From a virus (lineage: Duplodnaviria; Caudoviricetes), in IMG/VR virus record IMGVR_UViG_3300049138_000179, positions 1 to 25,181 of that record: a stretch of DNA of 25,181 nt. One strand, 5' to 3'. Made by a program: the position numbers and the translations under genes. Each line of letters opens with the position of its first letter. Position 1 is the stretch's first letter. A model generated the notes under the pieces. That model ran no database searches. It saw only the letters and a list, made by a program, of their open reading frames with translations, and was not told where the DNA came from. Of this stretch, positions 7,256 to 15,959 are shown in pieces.

Positions 7256-7645
7256 ATGCGCCGTACCCTCCACTTCCCCGCCGCCCTGCTGCTGGCCGCC
7301 GCCGTGCTGGCCGGCTGCGGTAGTGACCCTGAGCCGGCTGCCGCCCCGTCGCCGAGCGCCCCTGCCGCGACCAGCGCCGCCCCCAGCCCGACCGTGGACG
7401 CCAAGCGTGGCTGCCGGGCCGTCGACGCCCTCAACGGCAAGACCGACCCGACCGCCTACCGCGATGCCGGGGCCCTGGCCGCAGAGTCGTCGGTGCCTGG
7501 CATCAAGCAGGCCGGCATCGACCTCATCAGCGCGGCGAACGGTGCCGTCGCGGAACCGGGCGCTGACGCGAACCTCGCTCTCGACCGGGCTGTGCTGAAG
7601 GTGGCGCAGGCGTGCGCGGACGAGTTCGGCGACGGCCCCTGGTAG
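7256..7645 (+). CDS. Lipoprotein (moron-like)
   Basis: MRRTLHFPAALLLAAAVLAGC lipobox, Pro/Ala/Ser linker and a small helical domain with two Cys. TACGGT -10 lies 6 nt before the ATG. Confidence 0.85.
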   Translation: MRRTLHFPAALLLAAAVLAGCGSDPEPAAAPSPSAPAATSAAPSPTVDAKRGCRAVDALNGKTDPTAYRDAGALAAESSVPGIKQAGIDLISAANGAVAEPGADANLALDRAVLKVAQACADEFGDGPW

Positions 7646-7654
7646 ACCCCAGAC

Positions 7655-7714
7655 ACGACAAAGCGCCCCCTCCCTGCCGGCCCGAACCGGGCAGCAGAGA
7701 GGGGGCGCTGTCGT
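7655..7714. terminator. Bidirectional hairpin terminator ending the late operon
   Basis: ACGACAAAGCGCCCCCTC...GAGGGGGCGCTGTCGT between convergent genes. Confidence 0.75.
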
Positions 7715-7725
7715 TGCAGGTGGTG

Positions 7726-8070
7726 CTACATGCCGTCGGTGGTGACCGGCCCGGTGGACGGCGTCACCTGCGGGCGGATCCCGAACAGGGCGAACCCGGC
7801 CAGCACCGCGGCACTGATCGCGCCGGTCACGCCGTCGGGGACGTTCATGCCGTACTCGGCGACCAGGGCGGCGCCGGCGGCGACGACACCGGTGAACAGG
7901 GCCGGGGCGACGGGCCGGGTGGTGGCCGCGATGATGCCGGCGGCGAGGAACGCGGTGATGGCCGCGGCGGCGCCGGCGTCGATGCCGGGCACGTTGAGGC
8001 TGGCCAGCACGGTGAGCAGGGAGCCGATGGCGCCGATGATGAGCGCGGGTTCCCGTCCGAACAGCTTCAC
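7726..8070 (-). CDS. Holin
   Basis: MKLFGREPALIIG..., multiple TM helices, C-terminal RPQVTP, as in actinophage holins. AGGAG RBS. Confidence 0.8.
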   Translation of the reverse strand: MKLFGREPALIIGAIGSLLTVLASLNVPGIDAGAAAAITAFLAAGIIAATTRPVAPALFTGVVAAGAALVAEYGMNVPDGVTGAISAAVLAGFALFGIRPQVTPSTGPVTTDGM

Positions 8071-8093
8071 AGGATCTCCTAGGGTGTGTGGTC

Positions 8094-8348
8094 ATGGCTG
8101 GGATGCCGCAGTTGCGTGAGCACGGCTGGCTGTACGGGCCCGACGACCCGTGGGCACCGCTCGCCCTGGTGCGGCTGTTCGAGCACCGCGACGGCGGCTG
8201 GGAAATTCGCCTGAACGATCCGGCGTCAGGGCCGACGCAGACGGTGCTGCACCCCGACGAGGCGTCCGCCCGGGCGGAGCTGGCGCGGATCTACGCGCAG
8301 GGTGAGGCCGACGGGAAGTGGCGCATCCGCCAACCCGACGGGTACTGA
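8094..8348 (+). CDS. Hypothetical Trp-rich protein on the opposite strand inside the lysis cassette
   Basis: MAGMPQLREHGWLYGPDDPWAPLALVRLFEHRDGGWEIRL... has globular composition and GC3-rich codons, and exactly fills the gap between two minus-strand genes. Start could also be 8088 or 8103. Confidence 0.7.
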   Translation: MAGMPQLREHGWLYGPDDPWAPLALVRLFEHRDGGWEIRLNDPASGPTQTVLHPDEASARAELARIYAQGEADGKWRIRQPDGY

Positions 8349-8349
8349 G

Positions 8350-8739
8350 TCACAGGTGGCGGCCGTTGATGGTGCCGCCCGGATCCCGGACCATGAGCCG
8401 CAGCTGGTCCAGGTCGACGGCCGGGTTGAGGATCGCCGCCCGCCACGTCCGCAGCGTCGCCACCGCGGCGTCGATCTCCTCGTTCAGCTCCCGCATCTGC
8501 TCGCGCATGTGCCTGCGGGTCTGCACCAACTCGTCGCGGGCCGCCTTCGCCTCCTCCTCCGCCTCCTTGGTGCGCTCTTGCAGCTCGTTGACCTGCTGCA
8601 AAGCCGAGTCCGTGAGCAGCGCGACCGCGTCCGCCCTGGTCTTCGGCCGGGAGACCATCGCCGAGATGAGCGTCGTCACGACTCCCGCCAGCCCCCCGCC
8701 GCCGACGGCCGCCGCAGCGAGCGCCCACATGTTCCCCAT
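8350..8739 (-). CDS. Single-TM coiled-coil lysis-cassette protein
   Basis: MGNMWALAAAAVGGGGLAGVVTT... followed by a long coiled coil. ATG overlaps the upstream TGA. Confidence 0.75.
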   Translation of the reverse strand: MGNMWALAAAAVGGGGLAGVVTTLISAMVSRPKTRADAVALLTDSALQQVNELQERTKEAEEEAKAARDELVQTRRHMREQMRELNEEIDAAVATLRTWRAAILNPAVDLDQLRLMVRDPGGTINGRHL

Positions 8740-9152
8740 CACTCGACCCCCGCCTGCCGCAGCGCTCGCATGCCCGTCCACACCTGCCACCCTCGCCACG
8801 CCGACGCGCCTGTCCAGCTCAGGCAGAACGCCACCGCGAACGCCACGGCGGCGCTGCCGGTCGACAGCAGCGCCACCCCGTACAGCAGCGGCGCGGCGGC
8901 CTGCCCTTGCATCGCCGCGAGTTCCAGCACGAGCGCCCGGTAGGTGTCTGGCAGGACGATGCTGACCAGCCCGATCACACCGGAGCTGAGCAGCAGCAGG
9001 TACCAGGTCCACAGGACCCATGGCTCGACGAGCTGCTCCAGGCTGCTGGGGGGTTTCACGCCGGAGACGAACCCGGTGCCGAGGAGCGCGGACACGACCA
9101 GGAACATCACCTCGTGGGGGCGGTGTCGGCCGGTGACGACGATGGTCGCCAC
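8739..9152 (-). CDS. Four-TM membrane protein (holin-like)
   Basis: Hydrophobic profile, directly after the endolysin. Confidence 0.7.
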   Translation of the reverse strand: MATIVVTGRHRPHEVMFLVVSALLGTGFVSGVKPPSSLEQLVEPWVLWTWYLLLLSSGVIGLVSIVLPDTYRALVLELAAMQGQAAAPLLYGVALLSTGSAAVAFAVAFCLSWTGASAWRGWQVWTGMRALRQAGVE

Positions 9153-9156
9153 CCGG

Positions 9157-10008
9157 CTACCCCTGCTGGTCGTCGGCGACCGAGCCGAGGACCCGCCGGA
9201 ACACCCGCTCCAGTTGGCTGTCGTCCACCGGCGCCCCCGGCGGCAGCTCGGCTGCGATGGCGCGGGCCAGGTCGCCGGGCTTGGTCAGGGCCACCAGCAT
9301 GGCGTGCGAGGCGAACAGCACGTCCTTGACGGTGCGGGTGTCTCGCTTGCCGTCGCCGCGCTCGTCGACGTACTCGGCGGCCTTCGCCGCCCACACCATG
9401 TTCGCGTCGGCCTCGGTCAGCGGCATGTCGTCCTCCTGCGGTGCGGTCTGCGGCGCCGACAGGACGCCGATGTGGATGAGGTAGCGGCGCTTGACCGCCG
9501 TGACGTCCGCGCCCGCCTTGGTGGCGTCGCGGTGGTAGCTCTCGTGCGTGTGCCCGAGGTGCGAGCTGTCGCCGCTGGAGCGCCGACGCAGCCGGTCCCA
9601 CCGCCGCACGACCTTCCCGTCGGGCGAGTAGATGACCTCGCGGATGTGGCGGGTGTCCTCGGTGCCGGCCTCGCACTGCTGCACCAGCCACCGCGAGTAG
9701 TGCCGCAGGTCGAACGTGCCCTTGGGGGTGCGGACCTTGAACTTGCCGACGTCGAGCGCGGACGCGTCGAGGGTCAGGCCGGCCCGGTCCCGCGGGGACT
9801 CGATGACCGAGTAGTCGCGGGTCACGACGCGGTCGGAGCCGGTGTGGTAGCCGCCCCGGTGGGCGGAGTCGGCGACGATGCCGATCTCCCACACAGGGTC
9901 GCCGAGCGGGTCGAGGATCGTCACACCCTGGCGCGGGCGGGCGTCCGGGCCGAGGTGGTCGAGCAGCAGCCGCCGCGCTGCCAGCAGGTTCTCGGGGGCG
10001 CGGGTCAC
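9157..10008 (-). CDS. Endolysin, putative Zn-peptidase (M15-like)
   Basis: GIVADSAHRGGYH...SALD...IREVIYSPDG...SSHLGHTHES, then an EDDMPLT linker to a C-terminal domain. GTG 10008 overlaps the upstream TGA. Lies before the membrane genes. Confidence 0.8.
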   Translation of the reverse strand: MTRAPENLLAARRLLLDHLGPDARPRQGVTILDPLGDPVWEIGIVADSAHRGGYHTGSDRVVTRDYSVIESPRDRAGLTLDASALDVGKFKVRTPKGTFDLRHYSRWLVQQCEAGTEDTRHIREVIYSPDGKVVRRWDRLRRRSSGDSSHLGHTHESYHRDATKAGADVTAVKRRYLIHIGVLSAPQTAPQEDDMPLTEADANMVWAAKAAEYVDERGDGKRDTRTVKDVLFASHAMLVALTKPGDLARAIAAELPPGAPVDDSQLERVFRRVLGSVADDQQG

Positions 10009-10265
10009 GGCGTCGGCTCCGACGGAGCCTCTGGGGCCGGGTCGGGCAGCACGTACCACACCTGCTCCAACGCGGCCCGGTCCGGATATACCGCCCCGTA
10101 GCAGCACCAGTCGGTCGGAGTCACTGTTACCAGCCGATGCCACGGATCCCGCAGCATCAGGTTGCCGTCCACCTCCTCGTACTCGTATGACCCCATCGCC
10201 GCGGCGATCTCCGCCGCGTTCGTGCCGTCGTACTGGTATGCCTGGATCCTCTGCGTGACGAACAT
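10005..10265 (-). CDS. Hypothetical phage protein
   Basis: MFVTQRIQAYQYDGTNAAEI... GGGAGG RBS; coupled to the endolysin. Confidence 0.7.
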   Translation of the reverse strand: MFVTQRIQAYQYDGTNAAEIAAAMGSYEYEEVDGNLMLRDPWHRLVTVTPTDWCCYGAVYPDRAALEQVWYVLPDPAPEAPSEPTP

Positions 10266-10282
10266 CGACAATCCCTCCCCCG

Positions 10283-10798
10283 CTACAGCGTGCGCCGCAG
10301 CATCAGCGTGGAGCCCGCCTTGCAGATCGCCGACGTGCCAGCGCCGGCAAGGCTTTGAGCGAACTGGAACTGGAGCTTCCCTGCGGTCGCGCCGACGACC
10401 AGCGTTCCCTTGACCAGCACAAGCAGTTGCTGGCCGACCCCGCCGCCACCTGCGACGAAGAAGTCACCGGGCACTGGATTGCCGAAGACGAACGGGGCGA
10501 GGTCGCCGGAGGTGCCGGCCGCCGAGTTGACCAGCATGATCACGCCCCACGGGCATGCCGACCCTGAGGGCCAGGTCAGCGCGAACTTGAAGTCGTTCGC
10601 GGTCGGCGCCTCATAGAAGATCTTCGCCTCGATGTCGTACTCCGCTCCGGCGACCACGTCGACGGCGAGCACGGTGTCGTTGACCAGCGTCGCCGAGTTC
10701 GTCACCGTCTGGTCCAGGGTTTTCCGGGCCCAGACCGGCACCAGCCGGGCGAGCAGTACGGGGGTGATGGGCGAGCCGGGCGGAAAATCGATGGGCAC
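10283..10798 (-). CDS. Minor tail / receptor-binding-like beta protein
   Basis: Beta-rich, C-terminal GKLQFQFAQ...KAGSTLMLRR, located after the large tail protein. Confidence 0.7.
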   Translation of the reverse strand: MPIDFPPGSPITPVLLARLVPVWARKTLDQTVTNSATLVNDTVLAVDVVAGAEYDIEAKIFYEAPTANDFKFALTWPSGSACPWGVIMLVNSAAGTSGDLAPFVFGNPVPGDFFVAGGGGVGQQLLVLVKGTLVVGATAGKLQFQFAQSLAGAGTSAICKAGSTLMLRRTL

Positions 10799-10808
10799 AG
10801 GGTCTCCT

Positions 10809-13382
10809 TCACAGAGCGACGATTGCCGGCAGCCACACGTTGGCCTCGGTGCCAGCCGGCCACAATCGCTGGACGCCGTTGAGGCCTCGGCCGCCTGGCG
10901 CGAGTGACAGCCGTTGGAACGCGCCGACGCCCGTCACCGTCGACTCGGGCGCGAGCGTGAATCCGGCGACTCGCCACGTCGACGTGGCCGCCGGGGTGCC
11001 CTGGTGTCGGGCGCGCATGACCACCAGGCCGGCGGTGGCGGGCGAGACGAACGTGACGGTGATCGGCGTCCACGCCCCCGGCGTCAGCGTCGTCACCACG
11101 CCGAAGCTGGACGAGATCGGGACGCCCGCGCCGGTCTGCCAGTCGGCCGCGATGGACACCTGCACGGCCGCCACATCGGCGTGGGCCCACATCGTCAGGC
11201 GGTAGCTAGTCGACGCGCTCACCGGCACTGGCAGCGACGCCATCTGTCCCACCGCCGACACGCCGTCAGGCGTGATCCGTGCCGCCCCGTGCGGGGTGCC
11301 GGGCCGGCCCGACGCCGTCCACGCGATCGTGCTGGCCGCGCCGACGTACCCGACCACGCCGGCAACGAACCACGGGTTCGGGTTGAGGACGTTGCCCGGG
11401 GCGTCGGCGCGGATCTGCTCTCCGCCGACACGCACGTTCAGCGGGTAGTGCGCTGGGTCGGTCGTCCATGACTGGGTGGCGGGGGTGTGGGTGAGGGCCA
11501 GCACCAGGCCCGCCTCGGTGAGGTCGGTGGCGAGCGCGGTCCCGTCGGCTGCTACGCGCTGCTCTCCATCGACCTCGGCCACCTGCCACGGCGCGTTCGG
11601 TGCCACGTTCAGCTGCACCGCCCACGAGAACCGGTCGATCGTCTCGCTGTAGCCCTCAATCTGCTGGTCAATCAGACCCGCCGCCACCTGCGGCGGCGCG
11701 CCAGCGATGGTGAGCCGCGACCCGATATCGCAGGCCAGCCAAGCGTCCACCGCCGCAGCGGCCCCCCCGCCGAGATTCAGGGTCACCAGGGGGTGCCGCA
11801 GCGCATCCAACGTGCCCATGTGCACTCGCCACGCGGCGTGGTTGGGTAGGCTGGCGTCGCTGTCCAAGCTGACTGTCACGGACCCCTCGTAGCGTCCGTG
11901 CTCAGCGACATGTTCCTCGTCAGACACCCGCGCTGCCGACCCACCCGCCCTCGTCACGGTGATGTCGTTGCGGGTGTTCCGGTCGTCATCAGCCGGCCGC
12001 AGCGGCGGCGCCAACTGCTCGTACGTCAACGCCAAGCCGACGGGCAGGTTGTACCGCGCCTGCCGCGGCAGATACGCAAGACGCCCGTCGAGAGCCTCGT
12101 ACAGCAGCCCGCCGTCGGTGGTTTCCACCTCCCGCAGCAGCGCCATCAGGTCGCTGGCGGTCTGCGCCCCCATCAACGTTCCGGCCGTCCCGGCCGGAAC
12201 GTACGGCACGGATGCCTCGTCGCACAGACGCTCGAACCGCGCAGCGGCGTCTTCTCCGCTGTACCCGGCGGCTGCCCACGACGAGTCGGGCGGCTGCGCG
12301 AACGCGTTCTTCGCCCACAGGTGCGCCACAGTGGTACCAGCCACCCCAGCCGACCACAAGGTCACGTCGGTGATTCGTCCCAGACCGCCTGCGGCGCTGA
12401 ACGACGGCGACGTCGCCGCGTGCAGCGTCCGCGAGCCAGCACCGTGAATCCTGACCGTGAACACCGCCGACGCGGCCGGCTGCCACACCGCCAGAGACAC
12501 ACCGACCCACCCGGTGGTGGGGTTCGCGTCCGCAGTCCAACCCTGGAACGTCGTGGACACCGACGCACCCGACGGGTTGTACGCGGTCACGCGCAGCCCA
12601 CTGCTGGACGCCCGCACCACCAGCCGGGACAGAGCAGCGCCGTCGACCACCACCGTCGCCAGATCCGCCTCCGCCGACAGCGACGGCGACGTGACGTAGA
12701 ACAAGACGCTTAACACGGGAGTACCGATGCTGGGGCGGTCAACCAGCGGCACCGTCATCCGGATCCACCCGGTCGACGTCGTCAGCCGAGCGACGGACGA
12801 CGCGCCCGGAAGGTTGCCCGCCGACGCCCCGAACTCGACGTCCGCGCCCGTTGCCGGCCCCTGCGTTGGGGCGTGCGCCGCTGGCCGGTCCGCGCCCGAC
12901 CCATCCTCCAGCGGCAGGTAGGCATCAGGATCCCCACCGGTAAGACACCGGTACAGGGGGCTGCGTACCGCCACACCCTGGTTGAGGCGACGCAGGATCC
13001 CCGACGCCGTCACATCCACCTCGTACGTGTCCACCGCGCGGTCGGACGTCAGCCGCGGCACCCGGTCGTCCACGTAGCCCGTGTGGCGGGTCTTCCACAC
13101 CCCGCCCCTATTCACCTGCACCCGCAGCGGGCAGCCCTTCCGCCAGCCCGGCCAACGGACGCTCGCCCGGTTGTGCGGCAGCCACTGCCCGTCCGGGTCC
13201 CTCAGCGTCAACGCGGTCGACGACGGCTGTGCCGTTGTTGACTCGCTGCTGCGCCCCCGGCCGGTAATGTTGATGCCTGGTCGGACGTAGTCGGTGATGT
13301 CCTCCCACACCCACGTCGCCGGGTCAGCCGTCAGGTCAGCGCCCGGCGCAATCTGCACTCGGATGTCCAGCGAAAGCGACAC
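10809..13382 (-). CDS. Large minor tail protein (Dit/Tal-like hub with LamG-like and carbohydrate-binding-like inserts)
   Basis: Follows the tape measure. WEDITDYVR..GR...LTLRDPDG N-terminus, YLPLEDGSG (LamG-like start), RNDITVTRAGG hub motif, and NVLNPNPWF...SYRLTMW (CBM4/9-like). Confidence 0.8.
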   Translation of the reverse strand: MSLSLDIRVQIAPGADLTADPATWVWEDITDYVRPGINITGRGRSSESTTAQPSSTALTLRDPDGQWLPHNRASVRWPGWRKGCPLRVQVNRGGVWKTRHTGYVDDRVPRLTSDRAVDTYEVDVTASGILRRLNQGVAVRSPLYRCLTGGDPDAYLPLEDGSGADRPAAHAPTQGPATGADVEFGASAGNLPGASSVARLTTSTGWIRMTVPLVDRPSIGTPVLSVLFYVTSPSLSAEADLATVVVDGAALSRLVVRASSSGLRVTAYNPSGASVSTTFQGWTADANPTTGWVGVSLAVWQPAASAVFTVRIHGAGSRTLHAATSPSFSAAGGLGRITDVTLWSAGVAGTTVAHLWAKNAFAQPPDSSWAAAGYSGEDAAARFERLCDEASVPYVPAGTAGTLMGAQTASDLMALLREVETTDGGLLYEALDGRLAYLPRQARYNLPVGLALTYEQLAPPLRPADDDRNTRNDITVTRAGGSAARVSDEEHVAEHGRYEGSVTVSLDSDASLPNHAAWRVHMGTLDALRHPLVTLNLGGGAAAAVDAWLACDIGSRLTIAGAPPQVAAGLIDQQIEGYSETIDRFSWAVQLNVAPNAPWQVAEVDGEQRVAADGTALATDLTEAGLVLALTHTPATQSWTTDPAHYPLNVRVGGEQIRADAPGNVLNPNPWFVAGVVGYVGAASTIAWTASGRPGTPHGAARITPDGVSAVGQMASLPVPVSASTSYRLTMWAHADVAAVQVSIAADWQTGAGVPISSSFGVVTTLTPGAWTPITVTFVSPATAGLVVMRARHQGTPAATSTWRVAGFTLAPESTVTGVGAFQRLSLAPGGRGLNGVQRLWPAGTEANVWLPAIVAL

Positions 13383-15518
13383 CTAACCCCCCTGCCCGAG
13401 CACGACCTGGACATTGCCCCCGCCGAGACGGATCTCCTTACGCAGCCCGTTGACGACCCCAGTGCCCTCGATGACGAGCACGTGCCGGTGTTCGATCACC
13501 TGCGTGCTCGTCGTGCCCATGGCGGCGGCCCTGGACGCGCCCCGCGCGGTAATGCCCATGCCGTACCAGGCGGCGGCCCGGTCGAGGATGTCCAGTGAGC
13601 GGCGGCGGTCGCCGTAGCGGGGGATGAACGCCTCCCCACCGGTGGCGGGCTCCGCCCACGCGTACCGGGCCGGCGACACGGGGGCGGCGATCTGCGCCTC
13701 CCGCAGCGTTCCCCACTGGGCGTGCTCGACGATGCCACCCCACCGCCGGCCACCCACCCCATCGCCGATCGGCACGTTGCGGCCCTCAGACCGGGTCACG
13801 ACCTGGTTGTGCTGGGTGGTGATGACGACCCGCTTCGAGCGGATCTGCGCGATGAGGCTGCGCACCTGGGCAAGGTTCCGCTCGGCCTGCGCCGTCTCGG
13901 CCGACACCTTCGTCGAGACTCGGCCCGGAATCGCCTCGTACTTGCCGATCAGCTCGTCGATCTCGGACTGCTCGTAGCCGAGTTCCTTGAGCTTCGCCCG
14001 GATCTTCCCGATCTCCGCCTGGTACTTGCCGTTGACGACGTCGATCGACTCGCCCTGCTCAATGCGGGCGTCACGCAGCTCTTTGATCCGGCCGATCTGG
14101 TCGAGCACCGCCGTGCGGTTCGTCCGGCCGGCGGCGGTGTTCTCGTCCAGCGACCGCTTGCCGTCGCGGAGCTCCTTGTTGAGGTCCTTGACGCCGTCCT
14201 TGTAGGCGATGACTGCACGGTCGTAGCCCATCGCCCCGCCGAACAACTCGTCGAAGGCGGATTTCATCTCCCGCGCGGCGTCCGCCGCCGTGATCGTCTC
14301 CTGGCCGGTGCCGCGAATCTTGCCGCCCAACTCGCCAATCACACCCGACAGGTCGACCGACGACGATTTCGCCCCGTCCTGCGCGGTGGCCAACGCCCAG
14401 AACCGGGTGATGTCGCCGGACATCAACGCGCCGACGATCTCCGCGACCTTGTACAGCCGGGACATGCCGTCCACCAGCGCAAACGCCGACCGGACGCCGC
14501 CCTCCATCAGGAAGAACAGCGTGGAGAGGGCGCGGGATGCCTCGTCTGCGTGCGGCGCGAGCTGCGACAGCCCGTCGCCGATGGCGTCGCCCAAGCCCCG
14601 AGCGCCCTCAGCGACCGCCTCGATGACCGGGCCGGCCGCGTCGATGGCGTCGATGACACCCGGCATCGCGTTCTCGGCCGCGTCGAGCAGCCCGTCGAGC
14701 AGCGGATCCAGGTGCCGGGATGCGGACGTGAAGGCCCGGTTGAAGGCGGGCTCCAGCTTCAGCATCCGGTCGCCGATTGTGTCGATCGCCTTCAGGGTCT
14801 CCGGCACGAACGCCGACGAGGCCCTACCCATCAGCGCCGACAGGTTCGCGCCCAGCTCTGTGCCGGCCGCCTTCACCGCGGGGTCCTTCGCGGCGAGCTT
14901 GACGCCGCCGATCACGCCACCGATGCCGACGCCACCGATGATCGCGCCGCCCACCGCGGTGCCCAGCAGCGTCACGAGCCCGGCCACGAGCGGGGCACCG
15001 ATCGCGGCGACGGCCGGGTTCATGCCGGCCATCGGCGCCCGCGCCAGCATCGGACCCAGCCGGGCCGCGAAGCTGACCGACACCTTCCCGGCCAGCTCGG
15101 CGCCCATGTCGTTGGCGGAATCGACGTCGACGAGCTTGCGCAGGGTCACGCGTTCCCGCAACTTGCCCTGCTCGACGGACAGCTTCTTGGACAGGTCCGC
15201 CCGGGCCGCCTCGTCGGACGTCGCCGCGATGGCCCGTGCCAGGTCGCGGATGCTCGACGCGGTCTCGTCGATCTGCCGGTCCAGGCGCTCAGCGTCCGCC
15301 CGGAGTCTCGCCAGGTCCTGGCCGGCGTCCTTCGCCGAATCGCCGAGATCCTCGGCCGAGTCCTTCGCCCGCTCGGTGCTGGCCGTGGTGTCCCTGGCGG
15401 AGTCAGCGACGTCGTCGAGGGCGTCGTCGAGCGTCTCCGCCGCGCCGGCCGCTCGGCCCATGCCGCGGACGAAGGGCCCCTCATCGACGTCCAAGCCGAC
15501 CTTGACGGTGCGGGCCAC
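13383..15518 (-). CDS. Tape measure protein
   Basis: 711 aa, Ala/Gly-rich and helical, directly after the tail chaperone. C-terminal WAEPATGGEAFIP motif. Confidence 0.9.
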   Translation of the reverse strand: MARTVKVGLDVDEGPFVRGMGRAAGAAETLDDALDDVADSARDTTASTERAKDSAEDLGDSAKDAGQDLARLRADAERLDRQIDETASSIRDLARAIAATSDEAARADLSKKLSVEQGKLRERVTLRKLVDVDSANDMGAELAGKVSVSFAARLGPMLARAPMAGMNPAVAAIGAPLVAGLVTLLGTAVGGAIIGGVGIGGVIGGVKLAAKDPAVKAAGTELGANLSALMGRASSAFVPETLKAIDTIGDRMLKLEPAFNRAFTSASRHLDPLLDGLLDAAENAMPGVIDAIDAAGPVIEAVAEGARGLGDAIGDGLSQLAPHADEASRALSTLFFLMEGGVRSAFALVDGMSRLYKVAEIVGALMSGDITRFWALATAQDGAKSSSVDLSGVIGELGGKIRGTGQETITAADAAREMKSAFDELFGGAMGYDRAVIAYKDGVKDLNKELRDGKRSLDENTAAGRTNRTAVLDQIGRIKELRDARIEQGESIDVVNGKYQAEIGKIRAKLKELGYEQSEIDELIGKYEAIPGRVSTKVSAETAQAERNLAQVRSLIAQIRSKRVVITTQHNQVVTRSEGRNVPIGDGVGGRRWGGIVEHAQWGTLREAQIAAPVSPARYAWAEPATGGEAFIPRYGDRRRSLDILDRAAAWYGMGITARGASRAAAMGTTSTQVIEHRHVLVIEGTGVVNGLRKEIRLGGGNVQVVLGQGG

Positions 15519-15521
15519 GAG

Positions 15522-15959
15522 TCACCTCCTCGGCACGAGCTGGACGGCATGGTGCAGCGCCCCTGGATGCTGCGGGTTCAGCGCGTTGGTCTGCTGCTCA
15601 GAACGCTCCAGGGCGGCACAGCAGTGGCACTGCGCCGGGGTACCCGGCGCCGGGAGATACACCGCCCGGGCGAGGGGGTTGTTGAAGTCATGTGCCGGGT
15701 CCGTGGACTCCTCGAGCGCGGTGCCGCACCGCCGGCACAGCCCGGCCTCGTACTCCTCCAGTGCGACGAGCAGAGCCACCTCGTGGTCGGTCCACTCCGG
15801 CTCCGGTGTCGACCGCACCAGGCGGCCCTGCTCGTCGTACTCGTAGACGGTGGACGGCTCCCAGCCCTCCAGCCGGCGTGGCGCTACGCCGAGGGTTCGG
15901 GCGAGCCGGATTCGCTGCCGGAACCCGGCGTCGTCAGCAATCCGGCGACGGAGAAAGGG
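15522..15959 (-). CDS. Tail assembly chaperone, frameshift extension (T segment)
   Basis: The -1 frame relative to the upstream chaperone is entered at C CCT TTC. It contains PRRLEGWEP...EPEW...LCRRCG...CHCC. Confidence 0.75.
   Translation of the reverse strand, partial: PFLRRRIADDAGFRQRIRLARTLGVAPRRLEGWEPSTVYEYDEQGRLVRSTPEPEWTDHEVALLVALEEYEAGLCRRCGTALEESTDPAHDFNNPLARAVYLPAPGTPAQCHCCAALERSEQQTNALNPQHPGALHHAVQLVPRR

Noticed and set aside
6334-7714. Shared hairpin sequences as attL/attR or IS ends
   Set aside because: The matches are short interrupted blocks within terminator-like stems between convergent genes, and there is no recombinase or transposase in the window.
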